A DNA stretch of 64,000 nt from Octopus vulgaris (Eukaryota), in assembly GCA_951406725.2 (NCBI GenBank), contig OX597837.1, positions 37,324,001 to 37,388,000 of the forward strand. The letters run 5' to 3'. A model generated the notes under the pieces. It had not been told where the DNA came from and searched no databases. It saw only the letters and a list, made by a program, of their open reading frames with translations. The position numbers and the translations under genes were made by a program. Positions 1 through 12,971 of the stretch are shown here, piece after piece (within the stretch, counting starts at the first letter, position 1; each line of letters begins with the position of its first letter).

Positions 1-683
1 TTCTGAACTATATATATATATATATATTACCTTTATAAATATTTTGACTGCCTGTCTAGCGTAGCATTAATTTATTTTGTTCGTATATATTTATTTTGTT
101 TGTAGGCTGTTTGTGTATGCTGACACTTAATTGTTAATAATATGTTTCAAAAATTTCATGTCGTGTTGTTTTGGGTTCACCCCATCGTTGGTTGCGTAAA
201 TTCGGGTTATGGCCACCCGGTCGTAACAGCACACATACATACTGACACACATCACATTTTTTTTACCGAAATATCAAATTCCAGTATGTGGCGTGTGTCT
301 TCATATGTGTATACGAACCCGCCATTAAAAAAATTTTTTTTCATATTAAATTCCGATATAATCATAAAGCCGTCTCGTGTGAATTTTCCGAAACTCTTCA
401 AACCACCCCATCCCCGCTCGGAAATTTTTTTTTTTCACCACATATTCCAATATAATCGGAATGTACACCATCTGAAGTGTATTTGTAGGAAATTTCATTT
501 TAAAATATTCATTTTTCTGGAAGTTATGAGGAAAAGAAGTCGGCGGGGTTGGGTGGGGGTGCTCACACAGGTAGGAATTCCCGTTCGACTATGGAAGCAG
601 TGACGCTCCTATATCAGAGACTACGGGTTCTCATCATAACATCAACAAAATGCAACGGTGAAGACCTATTTTATTTCGAAAAA

Positions 684-1196
684 TCTATATATATAAAACT
701 GTAGTTGTGATAGTGTCTGTCCCCTTCGATTTAGATTCCTAACTACTCCCACATTTTGCGGTGCAGTTTAACCAAATTCGGGTATCTTATAGTCGTGATT
801 CCTATCGAGCCCGTCTGGCTATTAGCGCGCGTCTACGATGAGTCTACGATTTTAAAAATAATTTAACATCATTTTTTATTCCATTTTAATGCATAATCTT
901 TCCTGTGTCGATGGCGGCGGAGTTGGCGTCCACGCTCACACCTGCACCTGTTTGCTTCTCCCCCTTCTTCCCTCCCTCGTGAAGCTGTGGGGAAGGGAGT
1001 GTAAGGAAATCAACGTCGTAATGCGTTCTCAAGGAGACCAGCGTTCTTTTAGAACAACGACTTCATGGCTTGAAGACACCAAAACAGAAATGCCTAAGAA
1101 AGCCCGAATTGGCATCTATAAGGGAAGTAACTCTCTAAAAATGCTTATATAGTTATTTCCCTTACAAACCCGAGCAACGCCGGGCGATACTGCTAG
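684..1196 (+). mobile_element. Non-autonomous Helitron
   Basis: 5' TCTATATATATAAAA, subterminal hairpin CCCGAGCAACGCCGGG (1169-1184), 3' CTAG. Inserted between A and T with no TSD. Confidence 0.85.
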
Positions 1197-1209
1197 TTAT
1201 TAATGAAAG

Positions 1210-1620
1210 GATCTGCTATTTTATACGCAAGTGAGATGCGGGTTACTTCGGAGAGGAAAGAACATCGACTGGCTACGATGCGAAGAGCCATGGAAAAATC
1301 CATGCTTAGGAATATCATTAGGGGAGCATATTTGAAATGGGACGATTCGAGTGGAGTGGAGTGAACGATGTGATGGCAGAATATCAAAAACAGAAATTCC
1401 GCTGGGTTGGACATGTCACAAGGTTCAGACAAAAGCGGACCCGTGCAGTCGTCGAGTGGTATCCATAAGATTCGAAAAGATCACTTGGAAAGCTTCCACG
1501 ACAATGGGGAGACGATCTAGTTAAGCAAATCGGGTCAAGATGGAAGAGAACAGCGCAACCAAGGCAGAATTGGTGGCGTATTGTGACCAGCGGTGTATAA
1601 CCGCATCTGCTGGAGTGGAC
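1210..1620 (+). mobile_element. RTE-clade LINE 3' fragment, degenerate
   Basis: Frameshifted ...RAMEKSML...KFRWVGHV...VVEWYP... homologous to the 1850-2200 copy. Confidence 0.75.
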
Positions 1621-1842
1621 GATACTATAACGAAACTAAGGGAGGTAACATACCACTTACATGTAGTTATCTCCCTTACATCAAGTTTTCTTCTAGCGAT
1701 TTTGGTCAGAAATAAACTGGAATATTTCATCTTCAGAAATAAAAACTGAAATTAGAGAAAGGGCACATCGATGGTTGATGGAAAATCCAAATTTTATTTA
1801 TCTCACAATCAAATATCAACGGGGAATACAATATATTTTATT

Positions 1843-2200
1843 ATCACCTTGATCACCTTGACTGACCAGTCCGTCAGGCGTCCATTTGACACCGCTGGTC
1901 ACAGCACGCTGTCCACTCCTCTCTGGATCACGCCTTTCTCATCCACGTGATCCCAATCGTCCTCCTGAAATCGTAACTCCACCGTCGTGGAGGTCTTCCG
2001 GGTGGTCTTTTCCGCTCATGCGGGTACCACTCGACAACTGTGTGCGTCCACCGATTATCGGTGAGCCGGGCGACGTGTCCAGCCCATCTATACTTGCTGC
2101 GTGTATACTCTGCGATGACATCTCTCACGCCGGACTTCTTTCTGATGATCTTGCTACTTATGTGCTCTCTCAACGCGATACCAAGCATTGACCTTTCCAT
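1843..2200 (-). mobile_element. RTE-clade LINE 3' end
   Basis: ORF MERSMLGI...KYRWAGHVARLTDNRWT..VVEWYP...RPPGRPPRRW, followed by a short tandem tail (CAAGGTGAT)2. Confidence 0.88.
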
Positions 2201-2222
2201 TTTATTATAGAGGACAGAATTC

Positions 2223-2543
2223 GGATCTTTTCACTTTGACCAGCAGATTTTTAAAATAATTTCTTTGTAGCCAAACACTTTTAAGCTTCGTATACTGGTA
2301 GAATGTGCTACATAAAACATCTTTTTCTCTTGGCTTTCTTGAGAAAATTCTGTAGTTTGTAAGCTATTTGTTGTTAAATTTCTTGCATTTAACAACAAAT
2401 AGCTTACAAACTACAGAATTTTCTCAAGAAAGCCAAGAGAAAAAGATGTTTTATGTAGCACATTCTACCAGTATACGAAGCTTAAAAGTGTTTGGTTACA
2501 AAGAAATTATTTTAAAAATCTGCTGGTCAAAGTGAAAAGATCC
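2223..2543. mobile_element. Foldback/MITE-like palindrome: 157-bp arms, 7-nt loop
   Basis: 2223-2379 is the reverse complement of 2387-2543 with one mismatch seen. It is flanked by an imperfect 8-bp direct repeat CAGAATTC/CAAAATTC. Confidence 0.85.
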
Positions 2544-2807
2544 CAAAATTCTTCAGGCACTTAGAGTAGCCTCTGTTGTTGCATTGGCTTTCATAACCAG
2601 TTTCTTTTAATTTGGAATTATAACATTAGTCTTAGTAATCAGAAAGACTTTTAAAAATAGAGAGCTTTTTAGAATGCAAGAAATATAAAAGTTTAATAAC
2701 CTTTATATATTTCAGGTAGAATATATAATATTAAGAATATTGAACTTCTTCCTTTCAGCTTTCTACGAAGCTTTCTGTTTTCACTATTTTACGATTTTAA
2801 AGATGTT

Positions 2808-3035
2808 TTAACCCTTTAGTGTTTGCATTATTCTGCCAAAATTAATGGTTTTATATCCTCATTGTATTGAACTAATCATGCATTATCTTGTAGTTATGGG
2901 ATTTTGATGAGGTATCTTTTAATTTTAAAACGATATTGTGGGGTTGGTGTGAGAGACCAGATCTGGCCAGTTTGAACATAAAACAGGCAGAATACTTTTG
3001 GCCGGATATGGCCAGTTTGAATGCTAAAGGGTTAA
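2808..3035. mobile_element. piggyBac-like MITE, family 2
   Basis: TTAA-CCCTTTAG...CTAAAGGG-TTAA; homologous copy at 28195-28423. Confidence 0.85.
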
Positions 3036-3783
3036 GTCTATTTTGTGATGTAAAGTCGGTGGTTATCAATCTCTCCGATTTTATGAAATATTGGAAATTG
3101 ATGTTAAAAAGAAATATTGGTACACTTGGTATGGAACTTAAAAAATAACAATATAAATAAATAAAGTAACGGGTAAAATGTAGGAACAATATTTCGAAAC
3201 TATTTAAAGTATGACGAGAGGACTTTCGATAACTTGATTGATCAATCGATTAGTTGGTCAAATAAGTAATTGACTGACCAACAATAAAGAAGTGAAATAG
3301 AAACAGTACATGTGTTTATTATTGGCTTTATGAGCCTCCCAAGATGAAAATAAAATATGAACTATTACTAACCTCAAGCAATGCTAAGGGGACAAACACA
3401 GACACACAAATGTATATATATACATCTCTCTCTCTCTCTCTCGCTATGTGGTGTCGGTTCTCCCTCTGTTTTCACTGTCTCTCTCTCTCTCTCTCTCTCG
3501 GTATATATCTCACCTTCACTCGCTTCCACAGGCTTAGCCAATACCGCAGGATGAAAAACATCAAGCTAAGTTCCTGACCTGTTTCCTCTTTTCATTGTTT
3601 TTGCAAGCCTTATTATTATTGTATCCCCATCTAATAGCGTTATCGTTGTCTTTCGTCTCAAATGCTAGCTGAAGCATAAAAACTTTCACTCACAAAAACT
3701 TATTCACACCACCGCAAAGCATTTCATCTCAATCCTGTCTTATTTCTGCCGCCTAAAACCTCATCTTCTCCCAATGCGCGGTG

Positions 3784-3937
3784 CGCCCGCCCTCCCCCCA
3801 CCACCACCAATATCGGTGAACACGCCCGCCCTCCCACCCCCACCACCAATACCGGTGAACACGCCCGCCCTCCCACCCCCACCACCAATACCGGTGAACA
3901 CGCCCTCCCACCCCCACCACCAATACCGGTGAACACT
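3784..3937. repeat. ~39-bp minisatellite, about 4 copies
   Basis: Unit GCCCGCCCTCCCACCCCCACCACCAATACCGGTGAACAC, with a further partial copy near 4063-4095. Confidence 0.9.
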
Positions 3938-4307
3938 GTTCTCACCATCTACACCGGATACTCCCTCTTATGTTTCTCTATCTGTCTAACTATTTATCAA
4001 ATTTCTCTATCTATCTAATTTCTCTATCTATCTATCTATCTATCTATCTTCATTCGTCTACACCCGCCCTGCCCACCCCCACCACCAATACCGGATATCT
4101 CTATATTTTGCTCCATCTATACCGGATGTCGCTTCTCCCACCACCATTATAGGTGTCTACTCTTCGAACCCCCTCTTCAATACGCTATTTCACCATGCAT
4201 TACCCCTCTCTCGATATCCTACGTTCTACTTGCCTAGAACCTGTCATCATTTCTCTGAACCACCCCTCCCCACTGGTGCTCCCCTATATTTCTGCACCCC
4301 CCCCCCC

Positions 4308-4555
4308 ACATAAAAAGCACCATCCGAACGTGGCCGATGCCAAACCCCTCTGGCACCTGTGCAGGTGGCACGTAAAAACACCCACTACACTCGCGGAGTG
4401 GTTGGCGTTAGGAAGGGCATCCAGCTGTAGAAACACTGCCAGACTAGACTGGAGCCTGGGGCAGTCCCGAGCTCCCCAGACCCCGGTCGAAACCGTCCAA
4501 CCCGTGCTAGCGCGGAAAACGGACGTTAAACGATGATGATGATGATGATGATGAT
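4308..4555 (+). mobile_element. SINE family C, with (GAT)n tail
   Basis: ...GGTTGGCGTTAGGAAGGGCATCCAGCTGTAGAAAC...CGTTAAACGATGATGAT. Other copies lie at about 7236-7390(-), 12585-12770, 22040-22381, 34680-35050(-), 43929-44260(-) and 50381-50590(-). Confidence 0.8.
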
Positions 4556-5260
4556 ATACGACGGGCTTCTTTCAGTTTCCATCTACCAAATCCACTCACA
4601 AGGCTTTGGTTGGCCCGAGGCTATACTAGAAGACACTTGCCCAAGGTGCCACGCAGTGGGACTGAACCCGGAACCATGTGGTTGGTAAACAAGCTACTTA
4701 CCATACAGCCACTCCTACGCCTATATATATAATTTGTGTGTGTGTGTGTGCACATATATCTATCTCTCCCTCTCTCTCTCTCTCTACATACATAGATACA
4801 TACATACATGCATGCATGCATACACACACATACATACATGCATGCATATACATGTATACTGTTTCTGGGCCCTTATTCTGCACTACTTTTATACCAGTAA
4901 TTTCTGCAGTCTGAACATTGTCGTTACTATCATTTGTGTGTGTGTGTTTCAGGTTCCTCTGAGCAAAAAGTCCGGAAATAGTCCGGCACTGGAATCGATT
5001 TGTCCCCTCTTCCTAAAACTGCTATCCTTGTGCCAAAATCTGAAACCCTTCTTCGTCAGACTGATCAATGGCATCAGACCAAATGCTTTGTGCCAATTCT
5101 GCCAGCTTTACATTCTGAGTTCAAATTCAGCTGAGGTCAACTTTACCTTTTTTCTTTAGGGGTTAAGCACTGAGATCAATGTAATCAACTAATATCTCCC
5201 TACAAAATTCCAGGCCCTGTACCAGTGGTGAAAAGGATTCTTCTTATTATTATTATTGTT

Positions 5261-5835
5261 AAGGTGGTGAGCTGGCAGAATTGTTTGCACGCTGGACAAA
5301 ATTCTTAGTGGTATTTCATCTGTTGCTATGTTCTGGGTTCAAATTCTGCTGAGGTCGACTTTGCCTTTCATCCTTCCGGGTTCGATTAAATATGCACTGG
5401 GGTCGATGTAATTGACTTAATCCATTTGTCTGTCCTTGTTTGTCCTCTCTGTGTTTAGCCCCTTGTGGGTAGTAAAGAAATAGGTATTTCGTCAGCCGCT
5501 ACGTTCTGAGTTCAAATTCCGCCGAGGTCGACTTTGCCTTTCATCCTTTCGGGGTCGATAAATTAAGTACCAGTTATGCACTGCGGTCAGTATAATTGAC
5601 TTAATCCGTTTGTACGTCCTTGTTTGTCCTCTCTGTGTTTAGCCCCTTGTGGATAGTAAAGAAATAGGTATGTCGTCTGCAGCGACGTTCTGAGTTCAAA
5701 TTCTGCTGAGGTCGACTTTCCCTTTCATCCTTTTAGGGGTTGGTAAAATACATACCAGTTGAGCACAGGGGTCAGTGATATCAACTTGCACCCTCCCCTC
5801 AAAATTGATAGCCTTGTGCCAAAATTAAAAAGAAT
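5261..5835 (+). mobile_element. SINE family B multimer (full head plus two repeated ~184-bp units) within a plus-strand SINE-B cluster at ~5090-6680
   Basis: tRNA-like head with A box CTGGCAGAA and B box GTTCAAATTC; core GTCGACTTTGCCTTTCATCCTTTCGGGGTCGATAAATTAAGTACCAG; junctions at 5477 and 5661. Confidence 0.85.
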
Positions 5836-7401
5836 TATTATTATCATTATTATTATTGTTATAAGGCAGTGAGCTGGCAGAATCGTTAGCACGCCAGGCA
5901 GAATGCTTAGAGGTATTTTTCCCATTGCTAAGTTCTGGGTTCAAGTTTCACCGATAAAATAAGTACCAGTTGAACACTGTGGTCGATGTAATTGGCTTAA
6001 CCCGTTCCTCAAAATTGCTGCCCTTCTGGCAAAATTTGAAACCATTATTATTATTAAAGTGATAGCATGTTGTCAATGTGACAGTTCCATGAAAGGGAAG
6101 AATGCTACTGTTATTTAGCCCTAGGAAACACCGTTTCCTGTTGGACATGACACATTACCTGTGTCCTTATGTTTTCAATGTGTTGGTGGTTTTTACGTGC
6201 CACCTCCACGGAAGGCGGCACTGGCATTGGCCACGTTCAAATTGTGCTTTTTACATGCCACCGGCACAGGTGCCAGGGTAGCCTGGCAATGGCCACGAAC
6301 AGTAGGTGCATTTTACGTGCCACTGGCACAGAAGCCAGCCAAGGCGGCGCTGGCATCGTTATCATTATTACTATTATTATTAATATTATTATTGTTGCTA
6401 TCATTATTATTATCATCATTATTTCTATTATTATTATTATTATTATTATTAAGGTGGTGAGCTGGCAGAATTGTTAGCACACTGGGCAAAATGCTTGGCA
6501 GCATTTTGTTCATCATTATGTTCTGGGTTCAAATTCTGCCAAGGTTGACTTAGCCTTTCATCCTTTTGGTGGTCGATAAATTAAGTACCAGTGAAATACT
6601 GGGGGTCGATATAATCAACCAGTCCCCCCCCCACCACCACCACCAAAGTTTCAGGCCTTGTCCCTTTAGCAGAAAGGATCATTACTATCGTTAATTGTAG
6701 TTGTTGTTGTTATTGTTCATGTTTTGAATTGATGAGAATCTTTCAGTGAATAAAAGATACACAAGACAAAAAGATGAAACATTTCCTGTTTCTTTGTTAT
6801 TCCTTTTCTTTCTTCCATTTTCCTTCCAGATCATCCACATCTCCATCACCGCCACCAGGCCTTTTATCCGTTTCTATACAACATTGAGTTGGATGCGTTT
6901 GAAAAATCTATATTTTTTTCATACTGGCATTCATTCTATTTTTTTTTTTTAAATGCATTATTATTGTTATTGTTGTTGTTGTAAATCTTATCATGCAATT
7001 GTCTTTCCAGATGAACAATGCCATTCCCATGGCTAAACCACTCAACGATAAACCAGAAATAGAATCTATTTTCAGCCAGGTTGGCAAGTAGAATTACACA
7101 GGTTGTATATATATATATGTGTGTGTGTGTATGTGTGGTTGTTTGTATATGTGTATGTATATATATATATACACACACAGGCAAATGTGTGTGTATTTTT
7201 GTGTAAGTCTATATAAATCTCTGTGTGTATTCGTACATCATCATCATCATTTAGTGTCTGTAGTCCATGCTGGCTTGGGTTGGGTGGTTTGACCAGGGCT
7301 GGTGAAATGGAAGGCTGCACCAGACTCCAGTCTGATTTGGCATGGTTTCTATGGCTGGATGCCCTTCCTAACACCAACCACTCTGAGAATGCAATATATA
7401 T

Positions 7402-7432
<31 letters not shown>

Positions 7433-7669
7433 CAGACATACACACATAAAGACCCCCTTTGGTCATGAATGACCCTGAAAGTTCCCCCTCTGAGGCACAA
7501 GTCCGGGCAGGATTGTTTATGGAAGACCAGCAGTCACCCATACATACCAGACTCCTCTTTCTGTGTCACTGATGTTTTCTGATGATTTGGTTTAATTATA
7601 CTTCAAAAACATTTAAACATTTACTATCTTTAGCTACATTTAGGCTTGTATTCTTTAAAAATTTTGATT

Positions 7670-8058
7670 AGGCGTAGGAGTGGCTGTGTGGTAAGTAGCT
7701 TGCTTACCAACCACATGGTTGTGGGTTCAGTCCCACTGCATGGCAACGTGTGTTCTACTATAGCCTCAGGCCGACCAAAGTCTGGTGAGTGGATTTGGTA
7801 GACGGAAACTGAAAGAAGCCCGTCGTATATATGTACATATATATGTGTGGGTGTCTGTGTTTGTCCCCCCAACATCGCTTGACAACTGATGGTAGTGTGT
7901 TTATTATGTCCCTGTAACTTAGCGGTTCAGCAAAAGAGTCTGATAGAATAAGTACTAGGCTTCCAAAGAATAAGTCGTGGGGTCAATTTGCTCGACTAAA
8001 GGCGGTGCTCCAGCATGGCCACAGTCAAATGACTGAAACAAGTAAAAGAACAAAGAGT
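7670..8058 (+). mobile_element. SINE family A (tRNA-derived head, internal AT/GT microsatellite)
   Basis: Head AGGCGTAGGAGTGGCTGTGTGGTAAG...GGTTCAGTCCCAC and tail GACTGAAACAAGTAAAAG. More than 15 copies occur in the window, e.g. 11175-11550(-), 23150-23542(-), 25685-25970(-), 43277-43700, 51690-52062 and 57254-57640. Confidence 0.85.
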
Positions 8059-8060
8059 AA

Positions 8061-8150
8061 CGTCATTCTAAGTTTGTCCAAATCATGTTCATTCATGTTG
8101 TCGTGGGATATTGCAAGTCCATCATCTCTGTAAAGTCCTCGTGCGGCTTT
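8061..8150 (-). mobile_element. Penelope-like reverse transcriptase fragment
   Basis: Minus frame ARGLYRDDGLAISHDNMNEHDLDKLRMT; GLYRDDGL is the catalytic motif typical of Penelope-like RTs. Confidence 0.65.
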
Positions 8151-8676
8151 ACAGCGTGTGTTGTTTGAACTGACCAGATCTAATATCATCATCCTTTAAT
8201 ATTCGTTTTCCATGTTGGCATGAGTTGGATGCTTTGAGCAGAGCCGGCAAGCCAGAGAGTTGCACCAGGTTCCAGTCTGATTCGGCTTGGATGCCCTTAC
8301 TTTACAATGTGTGCGGGGTGATTTTAATGTGGCACCGGCATGAGTGGTTTTATGTGGTGCCAGCGTGAGAGCCTTTTACATGGCACCAACACAGGACTCT
8401 TACAGGCCAATCGTTTTTACCAAGGGGATAGCATTTAACATTTCTGCTGTGGAGGACGGGTCGGCTTGAGTACAGCGTAGTCTTGTAAAATTGAATCTTA
8501 AGTAATGGCTTATGACTTCAACCAAAGAAAAATAATTATACCATACATTAGGTATTGAGTACTTTCTCTCACGTTTGTTAGAAACACTACATGTGCAATT
8601 CTACAATTGTTTCATTTATGTTTTACCAGAAGTCTTTTACTGGAATATTATATGATATACGAAATAATACATTGAA

Positions 8677-8860
8677 TCAGTATTATTCCAGCTGTACTGG
8701 AAAATATTGACTCTCCAGGTATATTTATAAGGAAAAGACTATGGAATGCTATTCTAGCAATAAACTTTTGGCAAAAGGTTGATGAAACAATTGTAAATGC
8801 TTATATAAAATTTAAGGATATTTATGGATTTTCAAGTATATTATCAGTGAAGGGATCCCT
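8677..8860 (+). mobile_element. Possible pogo/Tigger transposase remnant
   Basis: ATG-less open frame ...LWNAILAINFWQKVDETIVNAYIKF... resembles the pogo AI.....W..V...TI.N motif. Confidence 0.3.
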
Positions 8861-9433
8861 GTAACTTAGTGGTTCGGCAAAAGAGACTGATAGAATAAGT
8901 AATAGACTTACAAAGAATAAGTTCTAGGCTCAGTTTGTTTGACTAAAGGCAGTGCTCCAGCATGGCTGCAGTTAAATCACTGAAACCAGTAAAAGAATAA
9001 CAAAACATACATACATACATATAAATACACACACACATATATATGAATTTATGAATTTATATGTATATATATACACATACAGATGTATGTATATGGAGGC
9101 ATTATTCTGTGTTCCAGTAACATTTATACATTATAAATATAGTCTGGCTGCTTAAATACAAAGATTTGACATTTATAGAACAATGCTAAGGGAAACTACT
9201 GAAGAACAGTCAACTTATATAGGTCTATACACACATACCCACATACATATATACCCACACATATATATGAAATTACACAGATGCACAGCCAGACATGTAT
9301 ATAGGGTTGGTACAGTTTTCATGAAGCGTTGTCTCAATATCCTGTTTGTGTTACTGTTACATTTTCATGTTATATATCTACACAAACATTATTAAATCTC
9401 TGAACGAGATGTAAACAGTAACCGCTCGACAAC

Positions 9434-9700
9434 GTAAAGCATAATAGCCATTCTCAATATGGCTAACCACAAAGGGGGGGGGGTTACTGTAGCTTTTAGC
9501 CCCAGGAGATCGTCGTCTCCAGCTGGCTTTAGGCACACTATCTGTGCCCTTATGGTGGCCTCCCTTCGCAAATACCATAAGGGCACAGATAGTGTGCCTA
9601 AAGCCAGCTGGAGACGACGTCTCTCCTGGGGCTAAAAGCTACAGTAACACCCCCCCCCACCTTTGTGGTTAGCCATATTGAGATGGCTATTATACTTTAC
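9434..9700. repeat. Long inverted repeat (~123-bp arms, 17-nt loop), probable MITE/foldback
   Basis: 9434-9556 pairs with 9574-9700 with few mismatches or indels. Confidence 0.85.
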
Positions 9701-9709
9701 ATTATCTAC

Positions 9710-9747
<38 letters not shown>

Positions 9748-9817
9748 CGTCCGTGTTTTTAGTATCGTCTTCTAAGTGTTTTGCGTTCTTGTCCCAGTTT
9801 GTATTTTTCTACATACA

Positions 9818-9854
<37 letters not shown>

Positions 9855-10789
9855 TTGCATGCATGCACACATACATACATTCATACAGTCACATAAACAC
9901 ACATATTTACTCATACACATGCATATTCAAATTGTGTTACTGATGCACTTTTGTTATTATATATCTACACAAACACACACGTATATATACTCACAAACAT
10001 GCATATATATATATATATTTATACTCACACACGTAAATGTACAGCTTGTGTTACTAATATATTTCTATATTATTATACACACAACACACGTAACAAACTG
10101 CATACCCCATCTTCCCCCTATGCCCTTTGGTTTTCTTTTTTTCATCTCCCTCTCACCTCATTCTGTGTTTCATTTATAAATCCCAACGTTGTGACCCTTA
10201 AACTTTATCCAACCCTTCTCCTCCACCCAAGACCCTATTTGATTTCCGGTGGAGACAAAACACCACCACTGTTGTCAGTATATTTACTTGCAGATGTTAT
10301 TCCCCACTGAATAACATCTACTTTAACCCTTTCATTACCAACCTGGCTGAAGCTGCCTCTGGCTCTGTAGGACAAATGTCTTGCTTTCATAAGTTCTGAA
10401 TTGAAACCTTCCAAGGCCAACAGGAAGCGTTGCTGCTTCCTAGGGCTAAATAGCAGTGGTGTGATTCCCTTCATGGGACTGTCACATTAAGTTGACAGTA
10501 TACAACTCCTCTATCCTACCACCACTGCTTATATCTCTCTTAGATATTTAGAAATGTAATATTTCTATTAATATACAAAACCTTTTTGCACAACTAATTC
10601 ATCAATTTTTCTCCAATTCTTTTACCTCTTTTGATTTGGATGCTGAAAATGTTGCCACTGTTGTTGCCATCACCTCCATCATCGTTACTGCTTTTACATC
10701 TTTTTCCATGCTGGTATGAGTTAGATGAGTCTTCCAGAAACAGTATTGCACGGCTCCAGGTTGTACAATGCTTTTTTTAAAAATTTTTA

Positions 10790-11104
10790 TGCGCCCTTTT
10801 CAAGCCAAGCCAAGTTAGGCTCATGGGCCCGGTTTCCCAGTTTCTGTGGCGTATGTGCCCCCCCCCCCCCCTCAGCTGGACGGGACACCAGTCCATCGCA
10901 GCGTTACTCAAGAAACAGGAAGAGAGAGTGAGAGAAAGTTGGGGCGAAAGAACACAACAGGGGTCGCCACCACCCCCTGCTGGAGCCTCACGGGGCTTTA
11001 GGTGTTTTCACTCAATAAACACACAACGCCCGGTCTGGGAATTGAAACCGCGATCCTCCGACTGCGAGTCCGCTTCCGTAACCACTGGGCCATTGTGCTT
11101 CCAC
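10790..11104 (-). mobile_element. tRNA-derived SINE family D, tail type 1
   Basis: Head GTGGAAGCACAATGGCCCAGTGGTTA...GGTTTCAATTCCC, A-rich end, probable TSD ATGCTTTTT. Confidence 0.8.
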
Positions 11105-11355
11105 ATGCTTTTTGATGCTAGTCCTTATTTGCTTTCTAGTATTTCATTCTTTTTATTATTTAAAAAAAAAATTTTACTGTGGCCATGCTGGAGCACTGCC
11201 TTTAGTCAAGCAAATCGACCCCGGGACTTATTCTTTGTAAGCCCAGTACTTATTCTATCGGTCTCTTTTGCCGAACCGCTAACTGACAGCGACGTAAACA
11301 CACCAGCATCGGTTGTCAAGCGATGTTGGGGGGACAAACACAGACACACAAACAC

Positions 11356-11386
<31 letters not shown>

Positions 11387-11928
11387 CGACGGGCTTCTTT
11401 CAGTTTCCGTCTACCAAATCCACCCACAAGGCTTTGGTCGGCCCGGGGCTATAGTAGAAGACACTTGCCCAAGATGCCATGCAGTGGGACTGAACCCAGA
11501 ACCATGTGGTTGGTAAACAAGCTACTTACCACACAGCCACTCCTGTGCCTTGTCAACTTTACAATGTCGATCTGCTGAATGGTTTTGTTTATGAGGGTCC
11601 ATCAACAACATAACACATGCGCAAGTGATGCCGGCACAAAGAAATGCAAAGAGAAACACACACACACATTCCTACACAGCCTTATGTAAGGAAAGGTAAC
11701 TATGCACCTCCACTACAGCAAGACCCCTCTTCCTGTCCCTTTATCATACTTTAGCCTCTCAAAACCTGACATAAAGCCACTTCCCTCTCTACTACTCTTC
11801 CATCAGTTGAGGGCCTTTCTTAATCCTTTCAGCCACTCCCATCCAATTCATGTAATGTGGGGTGGCCATGTATCTCCTTTTGCATCCTGACAATAACTGA
11901 GATTGGGACACTGACTGATTGTACAAGG

Positions 11929-12499
11929 TTAACCCTTTCAACACCAACCCGGCGGAAACCAGCTCTGGCACTGTTGTACAAATGCCTTGTTTTCATAAGG
12001 TTTTAATTAAAATCTTCCACCAAACCTTAGTCACAATTTATGTTCCTAACACTAGCTGAATGATAACTAAGTTATTTTACTAAATTCTTTGTTATATTTA
12101 AAGTAATTGAAAGAAACACAGAGCATCTCAACAGAAATATGGTAACAAAAGGGTTAATCTTTTTTGCTCTGTGGAATTTCCACAGGTCCCATTAGTATTG
12201 ATGTTGAAGATATGAAAAGTGAAGATGACCTCAACAGCAATAAAATCATTCTTTCTTTCTTAAATAGCTTTTCTTAACCCTTTCAATACCAACCTGGCTG
12301 AAACCGGCTCTGGCACTGTTGTACAAATGCCTTGTTTTCATAAGGTTTTAATTAAAATCTTCCACCAAACCTTTGTCACAATTTATGTTCCTAACACTAG
12401 CTGAATGATAAGTTATTTTACTAAATTCTTTGTCATATTTAAAGTAATTGAAAGAAACACAGAGCATCTCAAAATAAATACAGTAACGAAAGGGGTTAA
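11929..12499. mobile_element. Two piggyBac-like MITEs (family 1) flanking a ~116-bp spacer
   Basis: TTAA at 11929, 12154, 12274 and 12496; CCCTTT/AAAGGG termini. Confidence 0.85.
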
Positions 12500-12923
12500 T
12501 ACAAGTTTGAAGAACAAGAAAGTGGGACTGTCTCTGCGTAGACCGTACCTGCTATAATAATAATCATTATACAGACTAGCCCTTGTGCTAGTGGCACATA
12601 AAAAGCACCCAATACACTCTTGGTGTTGGGAAGGGCATCCAGCTGTAGAAACCTTGCCAGTTCAGATTGGAGCCTGGTACAGCCATCTGGTTCGCCAGTC
12701 CTCAGTCAAATCGTCCAACCCATGCCAGCATGGAAAGCAGATGTTAAACGATGATGATGATGATGATGATGGGGTTGTTTAGCAAACCAAGACAACACCA
12801 CCAATGCCGTCGCCCTTTCTTTACAAGACCAGTGGCGATAGGGACAGATGATGGGGTCAGGTAAAGGATGCTTGACCCTGCAGCCATAGGAAGAACACTT
12901 TGCTGTTTTGTGTTGTGAAACCT

Positions 12924-12971
12924 TCATTTCTTGAAGCAACAAGTGAATTTGGGATATTGATGTGAATGATG
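12924..12971 (-). CDS. Candidate alternative terminal exon for the Rab gene (HHSHQYPKFTCCFKK*)
   Basis: Strong acceptor (poly-T CCAG|) with no AG for about 82 nt upstream. The phase-0 reading ends in a CCXXX-stop prenylation-type motif. There is no transcript evidence. Confidence 0.35.
   Translation of the reverse strand, partial: HHSHQYPKFTCCFKK

Noticed and set aside
10823-11578. 251-aa ORF; recurrent peptide RASFSFRLPNPLTRLWSARGYSRRHLPK in many ORFs
   Set aside because: Chance read-through of SINE-D and SINE-A sequence; the recurrence reflects SINE copies, not a gene family.
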